Source of the DNA: Candidatus Cloacimonadales bacterium
GTDB lineage: Bacteria > Cloacimonadota > Cloacimonadia > Cloacimonadales > JAFGVF01
Length of the DNA stretch: 64,000 bases
Direction: 5' to 3'
Assembly (NCBI GenBank): GCA_963663475.2
Contig: CAXXJV010000001.1
Coordinates: 640,001-704,000, forward strand
In this document: positions 52,462 to 62,440 of the stretch, piece by piece
How positions within the stretch are numbered: position 1 is the first letter of the stretch
How the letters are laid out: every line of letters starts with the position of its first letter
The notes under the pieces: model-generated
Seen by the model: only the letters and a program-made list of their open reading frames with translations
Told to the model about the DNA's origin: nothing
Databases searched by the model: none
Program-made: the position numbers and the translations under genes

Positions 52462-53005
52462 AAATATCTATGAGCTTATAGCGACCTTTTTTATGGTAGG
52501 AAAGGCACCTAAAGGACCAGGCACCTTTGGAAGCTTGGCTGCTGCCCTTATCTACTACTATCTTCCTAGAATAGCTGCAATTGTGAATAGCTTCTTTAAT
52601 CCCCTTTCTTTGAGAGGGGTGGCATCGGAGATGACGGGGAGAGTCCTTCCACAAATCTACGATTCCCCCTTCTGGCTCCTCTTCCTCATAGCCTTCTTCT
52701 TCCTTGGAGTATATGTCTCCACTAAAGCAGAAGAGACTATGGGACACGACAATGGCCACATAGTTATTGATGAAGTGGTAGGTTATTGGTTTGCCCTTTA
52801 TCTCTTTCAACCTTCCCTCTATTATGTTGTTTTCGGCTTCTTATTATTCAGATTATTTGATATAGCAAAACCATATCCTATTAATAAATTACAGAATTTA
52901 CCTAAAGGTTGGGGAGTTATGGTGGATGATTTGATGGCTGGGGTTTATACTGCTCTGATTTTAGGACTTATAGATTTAATTTGGTTTATTGTTAAACCTG
53001 TGTAG
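52442..53005 (+). CDS. pgpA: Phosphatidylglycerophosphatase A
   Basis: PGTFGS, D...IVIDEVVG, FRLFDI.KP.PI, GVMVDDLMAG. Confidence 0.93.
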   Translation: MLKSPIKNIYELIATFFMVGKAPKGPGTFGSLAAALIYYYLPRIAAIVNSFFNPLSLRGVASEMTGRVLPQIYDSPFWLLFLIAFFFLGVYVSTKAEETMGHDNGHIVIDEVVGYWFALYLFQPSLYYVVFGFLLFRLFDIAKPYPINKLQNLPKGWGVMVDDLMAGVYTALILGLIDLIWFIVKPV

Positions 53006-55790
53006 GACTAACTGGGAAGAAGGGAATGCTTGTTTCGCAAGAATGAAGAATTAAAAATGAAAAGTGAAAAATAAAGAAGATTCTTTACACAAATTAACAC
53101 GAATTAAGACGAATTTCACGAATTTTTTAAGAACCTTAACACAGAGTTCACAGAGTTTTAAGAAACAAAATTCTTTACACAAATTAACACGAATTAAGAC
53201 GAATTTCACGAATAAGAAGAGCTCCTTAACACAGAGTTCATAGAGGTAAAGAGGAGTTTCACAGAGTTTAGGAAAAAATTAGCTTGCTAAAAGCCTGCCT
53301 GTCCTTGGGTCGCGGGATTCCAGCCCGCGGTTACGCAGATTACAGGTGGTTACGGGATTGGGTCGCGGGATACCAGCCCGCGGTTACGCAGATAATAAAG
53401 CGGTTACGGGAGTAACTGGGAAGGCGGGCATCCTTGCCCGCAGTAGGCAGTATTATACTGCCTACAAACGAAGTCTATCCACGGATTGACGAAAGAAAAT
53501 TATCCTTAACACAGAGTTACACAGAGTTAAAGAGGAGTTGCACAGAGTTTAGGAAAAAATTAGCTTGCTAAAAGCCTGCCTGTCCTTGGGTCGCGGGATT
53601 CCAGCCCGCGTTTACGCAGATTACAAGCGGTTACGGTATTGGGTCGCGGGATTCCAGCCCGCGTTTACGCAGATTACAAGTGGCTACGGGAATGGGTCGC
53701 GGGATTCCAGCCCGCGTTTACGTAGATAATAAAGCGGTTACGGGATTGGGTCGCGGGATTCCAGCCCGCGTTTACGCAGATAATAAAGTGGTTACGGGAT
53801 TGGGTCGCGGGATTCCAGCCCGCGTTTACGCAGATAATAAAGTGGTTACGGGAGTAACTGGGAAGGCGGGCATCCTTGCCCGCAGTAGGCAGTAAAGAAC
53901 TGCCTACAAAAGAAGTCTATCCACGGATTGACGAAAGAAAATTATCCTTAACACAGAGTTACACAGAGGTAAAGAGGAGTTGCACAGAGTTTAATTACAT
54001 AAATCTACCTAGCTAAAAGCCTGCCCGTATTTGGGTCGCGGGATTCCAGCCCGCGGTTACGCAGATAATAAAGCGGTTACGGTATTGGGTCGCGGGATTC
54101 CAGCCCGCGGTTACGCAGGTGTCATGTTGTTACCAGGCCTATGGAGTGGAAGCATCCTTGCTTGCACCCACATTATTCTGAAACCAGGGATAGTCTCAGA
54201 CCATAGTTTTTTTTAACCCGCGTTTACAAAGGTGGCATGCTGTTACCAGGCTTGGCATCTACTAGCAGATGGTGGACAGCTTTTCCGTCACATTATTTTT
54301 TGTTAGCTTTTTCCTATTATCCCATATTTGGGATTATCTTAACTTATCTTGCCACTAATTCTATAATTTATCTTAAATCAACAGAAAAATCACTTATTCA
54401 TCCATGTACCTTCCTTTACAGTCTTTCGATGAAACACGGACTTTCATCGAAAGACCGTAAAGGAAGGGGAAAGGATGACAAGAGAAAACAACCAGCCATC
54501 AAAGAAATGAAAATTTAGAAAAACTAAAAAAAAAATAAGTCTTCGCAAGAGCTAGAAGACCTTCAATAATAAAAAATCTGAAATATGAATAACATATAAA
54601 ACCAATACAGGGTAAGATCTATTAGATAATATTATAAGTGTGGTGGCAAGTATCTTACATAAGGAATATACATCCCTTGCTAACAGTTCTGATAGGCATT
54701 AAACCCAAATAATGCAATAGAGCTCTTCTCTAAAGCTCTATTGCACAATCTGTGTTAAAAAAAAACTGGCTGCAATGGGCAAGATGACCAACTTGTCTAA
54801 AAAGAAAGAAACTATCTGCTAGATTTTTCTATTTTTTATCTAGGAAAGTGTACCATTTTAAACTGCCATCTACATTATGGACTGAGACCATCCCTGGTCT
54901 CAGAATAGTGTGTGTGCAAGCAAAGATGCTTCCACTCAATAAGACCTGTAACAGCATGACACCTGTGTAACCGCGGGCTAGAATCCCGCGACCCAAGGAC
55001 AGACAGGCTTTTAGCAAGATAGATTTTTCCTAAATTCTGTGGTAACCTCTGTGAACTCTGTGTTTAGGATAATTTTGCTTTCGTCAATCCGTGGATAGAC
55101 TTCTTTTGTAGGCAGTATTATACTGCCTACTGCGGGGCAGGGATGCCCGCGTTCCCAGTTAGTCCCGCACCCCAGTTAGAATCTTCTTTCTCTCCATCTC
55201 TCTATCACTCCATCACCCCGTCTTTGAGCCGAAAGGCGAAAATCCTCTTATTCGTGAAATTCGTCTTAATTCGTATTAATTTGTGTAAAGCATCTTGTCC
55301 TATCACTTCTCCTTGTTGAATCTGCTATCGCCCTTCCAGGGCTTATATTTCTATTATTCAATATGGAGTGTCTTACGAACACTCCCTTTTAGCTGTTATC
55401 CCTTCGGGATAATTTTTTTTCTAACTAATGAATGATTATAAAACATATAAATATAATCACTCACTTTTCATTTTTAATTCTTCATTCTTCATTCTTCATT
55501 CTTGCGAAGCAAGCATCTTTGAGCCGAAAGGAGAAAAATCTTACGTCTTCATCTTCTCTGTGTTCTCTGTGGCTCTGTGGTTAGTAGGTATTTCTTCTTT
55601 TTATCGGTGTTTTCAGTGTTATCGGTGGCTAAATATTTCCTCTCTCTTCTTACTTATTCGTGTTTTATTTGTGTTCATTAGTGGCTAAACTCTTCTTCTT
55701 TCTTGTATTCTTTGTGCCTTAGTGGTGAAATAAAATTCGTGAAATTCCTTCTAATTCGCGTTAATTCGTGTAAAGAATTTCCAAAAATAT
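53006..55790. repeat. Large REP-like mosaic (2.8 kb) with 53-54-bp arrays and hairpin copy 3
   Basis: Five tandem CGCGGG/CCCGCG units at ~53587-53850 plus pairs nearby; hairpin 54398-54478; modules in + then - orientation. Confidence 0.9.
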
Positions 55791-55877
55791 CTTAAATTAA
55801 GAAAAAAACACTTGACGTCTCACTCAAGCCCCTTTTAATAGCCACTGTATTAAATAAGACATTTGAGGATTATTGAA

Positions 55878-56945
55878 ATGAATATAAATGGTAATATATT
55901 GGTAACAGGTGGTGCTGGTTTCATTGGTGCAAATTTCATTCACTATCTATTTGAACAAACAGATTTTACAGGCTTAGTAATCAACGTTGATAAATTAACT
56001 TATGCTGGAAATCTAGAAAATCTCTCTGAAATTTCTCATAAATACGATGATAGATATTGCTTTCATCAGATAGATATTTGCAACTATGCTGCAATGGATG
56101 TAATTTTTACCAAGTATAAGCCTCAAATAGTAGTCCATTTTGCTGCTGAATCCCATGTAGATAGGTCAATTCACGGACCAAAAGAATTCATTGAAACAAA
56201 TATTATCGGAACTTTTAACTTGCTTGAACTTGCAAAAAAACACTGGCAAGATAGACAAGATGTTCTCTTTCATCATATTTCAACTGATGAAGTTTATGGT
56301 TCTTTAGGAGAAACAGGTTATTTCTACGAAGATACACCTTATGATCCTCGTTCTCCTTACTCATCTTCCAAAGCATCTTCAGACCACCTTGTTTCAGCCT
56401 ATTTCCATACCTATAAATTACCAGTAACTATCTCCAACTGCTCTAATAACTACGGTCCATACCAATTCCCAGAAAAACTTATCCCTCTAATGATTTCTAA
56501 TATGTTAGAAGATAAGAATCTCCCTGTTTATGGTGATGGTAAAAATATCCGAGATTGGCTTTATGTAGAAGACCATTGCTCAGGTATCTGGAAAATAATC
56601 CAAAATGGTAGAAGAGGTCAAACCTACAATATCGGCGGAGAAAATGAATGGGAAAATATCAAACTTCTTCACGTACTTTGCGAAGTTGTCGCTAAAAAAT
56701 CAGGGAAAGATCTAAATAAAATATTAGATTTGATTACTTATGTTAAAGATAGAGCAGGACACGATAGACGCTATGCTATCAACTGCGATAAAATAAAGAA
56801 TGAACTCGGCTGGAAGCAATCTGTAGATTTCTCACAAGGCTTGGAAAAAACTGTTGAATGGTACTTAAATAATACAGAATGGATTGAGAATATTAAGACT
56901 GGGGAGTACCAGAAGTGGATTGATAAAAATTATTCGAATGAATAA
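55878..56945 (+). CDS. rfbB: dTDP-glucose 4,6-dehydratase
   Basis: GGAGFIG, DKLTYAGN, AAESHVDRS, STDEVYG, YSSSK, NNYGPYQFPEK, DR.GHD.RY; GAGG RBS before ATG 55878. Confidence 0.97.
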   Translation: MNINGNILVTGGAGFIGANFIHYLFEQTDFTGLVINVDKLTYAGNLENLSEISHKYDDRYCFHQIDICNYAAMDVIFTKYKPQIVVHFAAESHVDRSIHGPKEFIETNIIGTFNLLELAKKHWQDRQDVLFHHISTDEVYGSLGETGYFYEDTPYDPRSPYSSSKASSDHLVSAYFHTYKLPVTISNCSNNYGPYQFPEKLIPLMISNMLEDKNLPVYGDGKNIRDWLYVEDHCSGIWKIIQNGRRGQTYNIGGENEWENIKLLHVLCEVVAKKSGKDLNKILDLITYVKDRAGHDRRYAINCDKIKNELGWKQSVDFSQGLEKTVEWYLNNTEWIENIKTGEYQKWIDKNYSNE

Positions 56946-57109
56946 TTTTTATCATTTAATAATTTAAGAGTTTTTACCACAGAGCCACAGAGAACACAGA
57001 GAAGATAATTAAGAAAAAATATAATAACCACAGAGACACAGAGAACACAGAGAAGAAATTAAGAAAAAGAATAAACTCTATGCCCTCTGTGTCTCAGTGG
57101 TGAATAAAA

Positions 57110-57155
57110 GGTGCTTCAGATTATAGCAATCTGTAAGTCATAGGGCGAAGCTTGC
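57110..57155 (+). repeat. 46-nt conserved element, copy 1 of 4 (also 57912-57957, 59979-60024, 60872-60917)
   Basis: GTGCTTCAGATT-loop-AATCTGTAAGTCATAGGGCGAAGCTTGC. Confidence 0.85.
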
Positions 57156-57412
57156 TTTAAAATTGGATAACCATGGAATGCAAAAAAAAAATAGTTATAC
57201 CACAACCACAGAAAGTACTGAGAAGAAAATAAATAAGATTGACCTTTGTGCCCTCTGTGTCTCAGTGGTAAAAAAGAAATGTAATAACCACAGAGCCACT
57301 GAGAACACTGAGAAGAAAAATAATAAAGAATTACCTTTGTGTCTCAGTGGTGAAAAAAATTAGCTGTTAATTCTTCTCTGTGCTCTCTGTGTCTCTGTGG
57401 TGAAATAATAAA

Positions 57413-57808
57413 ATGGTAGGTTATATTATGGGTGATGGTTTGTACTCAGATATTACTAAGCAGATTATTGGTGCTGCAATCGAAGTTCATAGAAATTTAG
57501 GACCTGGATTGTTAGAATCAGTCTATGAGGTTTGTTTAATATCAGAATTAAAAAGTAGAAGTTTAGATGTGCAAAGCCAAGTCAATATTCCAATAATTTA
57601 TAAAAACATAAGACTTGATGACCACCTTCGGATAGATATTTTAGTAAATGATTGTGTCATAATAGAATTAAAATCTGTAAATAATTTGCTACCTATACAT
57701 GAAGCTCAAATGTTATCTTATATGAAATTAGCTAAAAAGAAAGTTGGTTTATTAATTAACTTTAATGCTAATATACTTGTTAATGGTGTAAAAAGGTTAA
57801 TACTATAA
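57413..57808 (+). CDS. GxxExxY protein (PD-(D/E)XK nuclease-like), copy 1; start may be Met at 57428
   Basis: IIGAAIEVHRNLGPGLLESVYE, RIDILV...VIIELKSV, HEAQ.LSY, GLLINF. Confidence 0.92.
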   Translation: MVGYIMGDGLYSDITKQIIGAAIEVHRNLGPGLLESVYEVCLISELKSRSLDVQSQVNIPIIYKNIRLDDHLRIDILVNDCVIIELKSVNNLLPIHEAQMLSYMKLAKKKVGLLINFNANILVNGVKRLIL

Positions 57809-58260
57809 AACAAAAAAGCTATAACCACAGAGTCGCAGAGAACACCGAGAAGATAAATAATAACAAGAACTAAAAACTCTGTGCCCTCTGTGTCTCAGTG
57901 GTGAGAATAAAGGTGCTTCAGATTATAACTATCTGTAAGTCATAGGGCGAAGCTTGCTAAAAATTTTATAACTATAGAATACTAAGAAAGAAATTTAACC
58001 ACAGAGCCACAGAGAACACTGAGAAGAAAGAATAAAAAAAATAAACTCTGTGCCCTCTGTGTCTCAGTGGTAAAAAAAAAGTATAGAAAGTAAAAGCTAT
58101 GTACCCACATGGGTGAGTATAAGAAGTGGATAGAAACTACTATAAATAAATGGTTTAACCACAGAGTCACAGAGAACACGGAGAAGAAAATAATAACAAA
58201 GAATACTTCTCTGTGTCCTCTGTGTCTCAGTGGTGAATAAAAATAATAAAAGGAGAAAGT

Positions 58261-59289
58261 ATGATTAATAAAGTTGAACTTAAAAACTTTGGTCCAATCA
58301 AACATTTGAATTGGCACAATATAAGCAATATAAACCTTATTATCGGAAAAAACTCTACCGGTAAAACCTTTCTTCTTAAATCTCTTTACACAGCTATGAA
58401 GACTATTGAAGAATATAAGCGTGGTGATAATCCAAAATCATTATCTGATATTCTTATAGATAAATTAATCTGGACTTTTCAAACAGATATTATAGGTGAT
58501 TTGGTAAATAAAGAGGAGAATTCTCTCAATTTTAGCATAGATTTTAATTATAAGCACTGGAACTATTCCTTTGGAAAAGAAACTTCTAAACAAATTAAAT
58601 CAATTGAATATCATATTGATAAAAGAGAAGATGATAATTCAATCTTTCTTCCTGCTAAAGAAATAACATCTATAGATAAAATCATTTTTGACAGTAGGGA
58701 TAATAAACAGCTTTTCGGCTTCGATAACACTTATTACGATCTAGCCAAAGCAATCAGACTAAATACACAAAAAGGTAGGAACTTCCCTGAATTTGCTAAT
58801 TGTAGAAAAAACCTAAAAGAAATTATTGATGGTAAAATTGAATTTGATACTACCACTGAAAAATGGTATTATAAAAAAGGAAAACAAAAATTTTCAATAG
58901 GTATGACTGCTGAAGGAATTAAAAAGATAGCAATTATTGATATTTTATTAGGAAATAGATATTTAACTAAAGATTCCATAATTTTTATTGATGAGCCAGA
59001 ATCTGCTCTTCACCCAAAAGCAATTTCTCAATTCCTAGAATTATTATCAGAACTAAGTGAATCAGGAATTCAGATTTTTATGGCTACCCATTCTTATTAT
59101 GTTATTAAAAGACTTTACTTAATTTCCCAGAAGAAAGAAAAATCAATTTCTGGGATTTCTTTTGATGATAGCCATGAAAACAATTTCATAGAGTTTGATT
59201 TAATAGATGGTATCCCTGAAAATTCAATCATCGAAGAATCTATAAACCTATACAAGGAAGAGGTTGATCTAGGCTGGGATAATGAATAA
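58261..59289 (+). CDS. ABC-type AAA ATPase (AAA_15/AAA_21, AbiEii-like)
   Basis: LKNFGPI, Walker A GKNSTGKT, A.GIKK signature, IFIDEPE..LHP, THS. Confidence 0.88.
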   Translation: MINKVELKNFGPIKHLNWHNISNINLIIGKNSTGKTFLLKSLYTAMKTIEEYKRGDNPKSLSDILIDKLIWTFQTDIIGDLVNKEENSLNFSIDFNYKHWNYSFGKETSKQIKSIEYHIDKREDDNSIFLPAKEITSIDKIIFDSRDNKQLFGFDNTYYDLAKAIRLNTQKGRNFPEFANCRKNLKEIIDGKIEFDTTTEKWYYKKGKQKFSIGMTAEGIKKIAIIDILLGNRYLTKDSIIFIDEPESALHPKAISQFLELLSELSESGIQIFMATHSYYVIKRLYLISQKKEKSISGISFDDSHENNFIEFDLIDGIPENSIIEESINLYKEEVDLGWDNE

Positions 59290-59791
59290 AATAATAACTG
59301 AATCAGGTATGAAATTCGGTCCTTTTGAAGATAAATATCTTTATCATATCGAACAAAGCGATATGGTAAAATCATTACAGATAAAAATAGTAGAGTTTTT
59401 AGTTTATCATAAAAAAACTTTGACATTTATTGAAGCAAAAAGCTCTTCACCAAATCCAGAGAATAAAAGATTAGATAATGATGAAAAATTTGATGTATAT
59501 ATTGATAATATTATCAGCAAATTTGTTAATTCTGTAAGTCTTTACATTTCAGTATATCTTAAAAGACTCACTGATATAATCGGGACGGAGTTAGAGAAAA
59601 TCAATCTTTCTAAAGCAAATATTCGTTTATTGTTAGTTATTAAAAATCACGAAACAAAATGGTTACCTCCAATTAGTGATGCAATAAAAGTCAAACTAAA
59701 TGCTGTATGTAAGATTTATAGTATTAATCCTAGTAATATAATAATTATGAATGAGCAAATGGCTATCAGTAAAGGATTGATAGCTGAATAA
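59282..59791 (+). CDS. Hypothetical protein, possible PD-(D/E)XK nuclease partner of the ATPase
   Basis: 8-nt overlap with the ATPase; VEF....TFIEAKSS motif. Confidence 0.55.
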   Translation: MNKIITESGMKFGPFEDKYLYHIEQSDMVKSLQIKIVEFLVYHKKTLTFIEAKSSSPNPENKRLDNDEKFDVYIDNIISKFVNSVSLYISVYLKRLTDIIGTELEKINLSKANIRLLLVIKNHETKWLPPISDAIKVKLNAVCKIYSINPSNIIIMNEQMAISKGLIAE

Positions 59792-60119
59792 GAAAAATAA
59801 GTGAAAAATTGTGGTATTGCTTCGCAATGGAGTTTAAAGAATAGAACACAGATAACTCAGATTGAACAGATATTAACAGATAAGAGAGATTAGGTTTAAT
59901 AAAGAATATAGAATGCATAAATAAAAGTTTTTTAATAATTAATTTTGTGTTCTATGTACCTTTTTGTTGAATAGAAACGGTGCTTCAGATTTCAGCAATC
60001 TGTAAGTCATAGGGCGAAGCTTGCAAAAAAAATAACCACAGAGCCACAGAGAACACTGAGAAGAAAAGAATAAAGAATTTAACTCTGTGCTCTCTGTGTC
60101 TCAGTGGTGAAATAATAAA

Positions 60120-60515
60120 ATGGTAGGTTATATAATGAGTGATGGTTTGTACTCAGATATTACTAAGCAGATTATTGGTGCTGCAATTGAAGTCCATAGA
60201 AATTTAGGACCCGGTTTATTAGAATCAGTCTATGAGGTTTGTTTAATATCAGAATTAAAAAGTAGAAGTTTAGATGTGCAAAGCCAAGTTAATATTCCAA
60301 TAATTTATAAAAACATAAGACTTGATGACCACCTTCGGATAGATATTTTAGTAAATGATTGTGTAATTATAGAATTAAAGTCGGTAAATAGTATATTACC
60401 TATCCATGAAGCCCAAGTATTATCTTATATGAAATTAGCTAAAAAGAAAGTTGGTTTATTAATTAATTTTAATGCTAATATACTAGTCAATGGTGTTAAA
60501 AGGTTGATACTATAA
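60120..60515 (+). CDS. GxxExxY protein, copy 2
   Basis: Four amino-acid differences from copy 1. Confidence 0.92.
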   Translation: MVGYIMSDGLYSDITKQIIGAAIEVHRNLGPGLLESVYEVCLISELKSRSLDVQSQVNIPIIYKNIRLDDHLRIDILVNDCVIIELKSVNSILPIHEAQVLSYMKLAKKKVGLLINFNANILVNGVKRLIL

Positions 60516-61012
60516 AACAGAAATACTATAAATACAGAGTCGCAGAGAACACTGAGAAGAAAAGAATAAAGAATTTAACTCTGTGCCCTCTGTATCTCTG
60601 TGGTAAATAAATTAAAATAATTAAATATCTTATTTTTTTTGAAGTGAGTAAAGTACTTCTTACTAAAACTCTGTAGCAATTGAAATATTTGCTAAAAAAA
60701 AAGAAAAATAAACTTGACGAATCTAATAATAGCAAGATTTATAGAGACTTGAGAGAATTAGGAAGGTTGGATTTCGTCTAAGATATACTAAGCGAAATTG
60801 TAATTCTTTTAATTCCATACGATTGTGAGTTTCTGGGAAACTGGAAAAATTATATTTATAGTGTGGAAATAGTGCTTCAGATTGCAGGGAATCTGTAAGT
60901 CATAGAGCGAAGCTTGCAATAAAAATAATTAATATTAGTTCATTCTAACAAATCATGTATCGCTCAGTAAGAACTATAATATTATAAAATAGAGTTGCTA
61001 TTATAACTAAAG

Positions 61013-61921
61013 ATGAGGAACAAGATGAAAAATTGGATTTTAGGTAAAATACAAAATATTGTAAGAATTATGATTTATAAATTTGGTTTCTTTATAATAA
61101 GTGACAAATTATATTTAAAGATAAGTTATTGGGCTAAAATGGGGAAAAAAATAAATTTTGATAATCCAGTATCTTATACTGAAAAAATCCAATGGCTAAA
61201 ATTAAATTATTATAAACCCGAATTTACAAAAATGGCAGATAAAATTGAAGCAAAAAACATTGTGTCTAATATTATTGGTGATGATTATGTGATTCCTTCG
61301 TTAGGAGTGTGGAATAATTTTGAAGAAATTGACTTTAATTTATTACCAAAACAGTTTGTTCTCAAAACAAATCATGATTCTGGAGGAGTTGTAGTTTGTA
61401 AAGATAAATCAAAGTTCAATATAGAAAATGCAAAAAGATTGCTATCCACTAGTTTAAAAAAAAAATATTATTATTGTGGAAGAGAACTCCCGTATAAAGG
61501 AATTAAACCTAAAATATTAGCAGAAAAATATTTAGTTGATGAGAGTAAACAAGAGTTAAAAGATTATAAATTTTTTTGTTTTAATGGAGAGCCAAAGCTT
61601 TTATTTGTAGCACAGAATAGACACATAGAAACTAAATTTGACTTTTTTGATATGCAATTTCATAAACTAAATATAAAAAATTATTATAAAAACTCTTCAA
61701 CTTTACAATCTAAACCAAAGAATTTTGAACTAATGATTGAATTAGCTAAGAAACTTTCCAAAGGGTTGCCACATATTAGAATTGATTTTTATAACATTTC
61801 AGGAAAAATATATTTTGGAGAATACACTTTTCATCATTTTGGGGGATATAAAAAATTTGAACCCGAAGAATGGGATTATGAAATAGGTAGCTGGTTAAAA
61901 TTACCTGAAAAAAATAGATGA
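61013..61921 (+). CDS. TupA-like ATP-grasp amidoligase (polysaccharide modification)
   Basis: P.SYTEKIQWLK, ADK, FVLKTNHDSG, DYKFFCFNG, RIDFY, YFGE.TF. Confidence 0.9.
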   Translation: MRNKMKNWILGKIQNIVRIMIYKFGFFIISDKLYLKISYWAKMGKKINFDNPVSYTEKIQWLKLNYYKPEFTKMADKIEAKNIVSNIIGDDYVIPSLGVWNNFEEIDFNLLPKQFVLKTNHDSGGVVVCKDKSKFNIENAKRLLSTSLKKKYYYCGRELPYKGIKPKILAEKYLVDESKQELKDYKFFCFNGEPKLLFVAQNRHIETKFDFFDMQFHKLNIKNYYKNSSTLQSKPKNFELMIELAKKLSKGLPHIRIDFYNISGKIYFGEYTFHHFGGYKKFEPEEWDYEIGSWLKLPEKNR

Positions 61922-62440
61922 ATTAATAACAAATAAAATTCTTATTATACTAATAATATCATATCTATGTAGTAAATTAAAGTATGAATATTTTAGATGT
62001 AATATATTAACTAAACTGTAAGATTTATAATAGTAATGAGTATACTTTTTATATGAGAAAAAATATACACAAACTTTATAAATTAACAAGTATATTTAGT
62101 GTTAGTATAAAAGAAGTAATTGAAATAATAAATTTACTTAGATTGTACAGGTAGTAATTTTATATTAAGTTAATATAATCAAAAGACTAATCAGATAAAT
62201 AAAGCAAAATAATATTCATACTGATAGGTCTATATATAAAAGCGAAAGTAAATATAAAGGAAAAGTAACAAGTGTTATTAACCATTTTGATTAGTGTATT
62301 TCAGAATGAATATATCTGCATATACAAAGAAATTGTTAATTCTGTAATTTTAATTGGATTACTTCTAATAATAATATTAAGTAACAATTCGATTTTTAAT
62401 TTTTCACTTTATCAAAGTTACTTTAAAATAAAGGAGCAAT

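Larger units (their letters stand above)
56976..60604. repeat. About 8 dispersed hairpins, ACCACAGAG(N)CACAGAGAACACNGAG...CTCTGTG(C)CCTCTGTGTCTCAGTGGT, in intergenic gaps
   Basis: Approximate copies at 57027-57101, 57198-57269, 57287-57351, 57824-57902, 57998-58071, 58158-58234, 60035-60108, 60532-60604. Confidence 0.9.

Noticed and set aside
53587-53850. Possible CRISPR array
   Set aside because: Inter-repeat segments are near-identical, not unique spacers; no cas genes or leader in the window
54237-54518. 93-aa ORF in the duplicated ~430-bp block
   Set aside because: The sister copy near 29652-29932 has indels that break the frame; it spans a hairpin repeat
55428-58317. ORFs 55428, 57163, 57982 (also 40126, 40736, 60526)
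   Set aside because: Derived from CACAGAG/CTCTGTG and related repeats or AT-rich spacers
57110-60917. Integron attC sites or JUMPstart/ops for the 46-nt element
   Set aside because: No RYYYAAC...GTTRRRY ends, no integrase in the window, and no GGCGGTAG ops core
61922-62440. Very AT-rich stretch with ORFs 61901 and 62272
   Set aside because: No motifs; may be an eroded membrane-protein gene, but this cannot be supported
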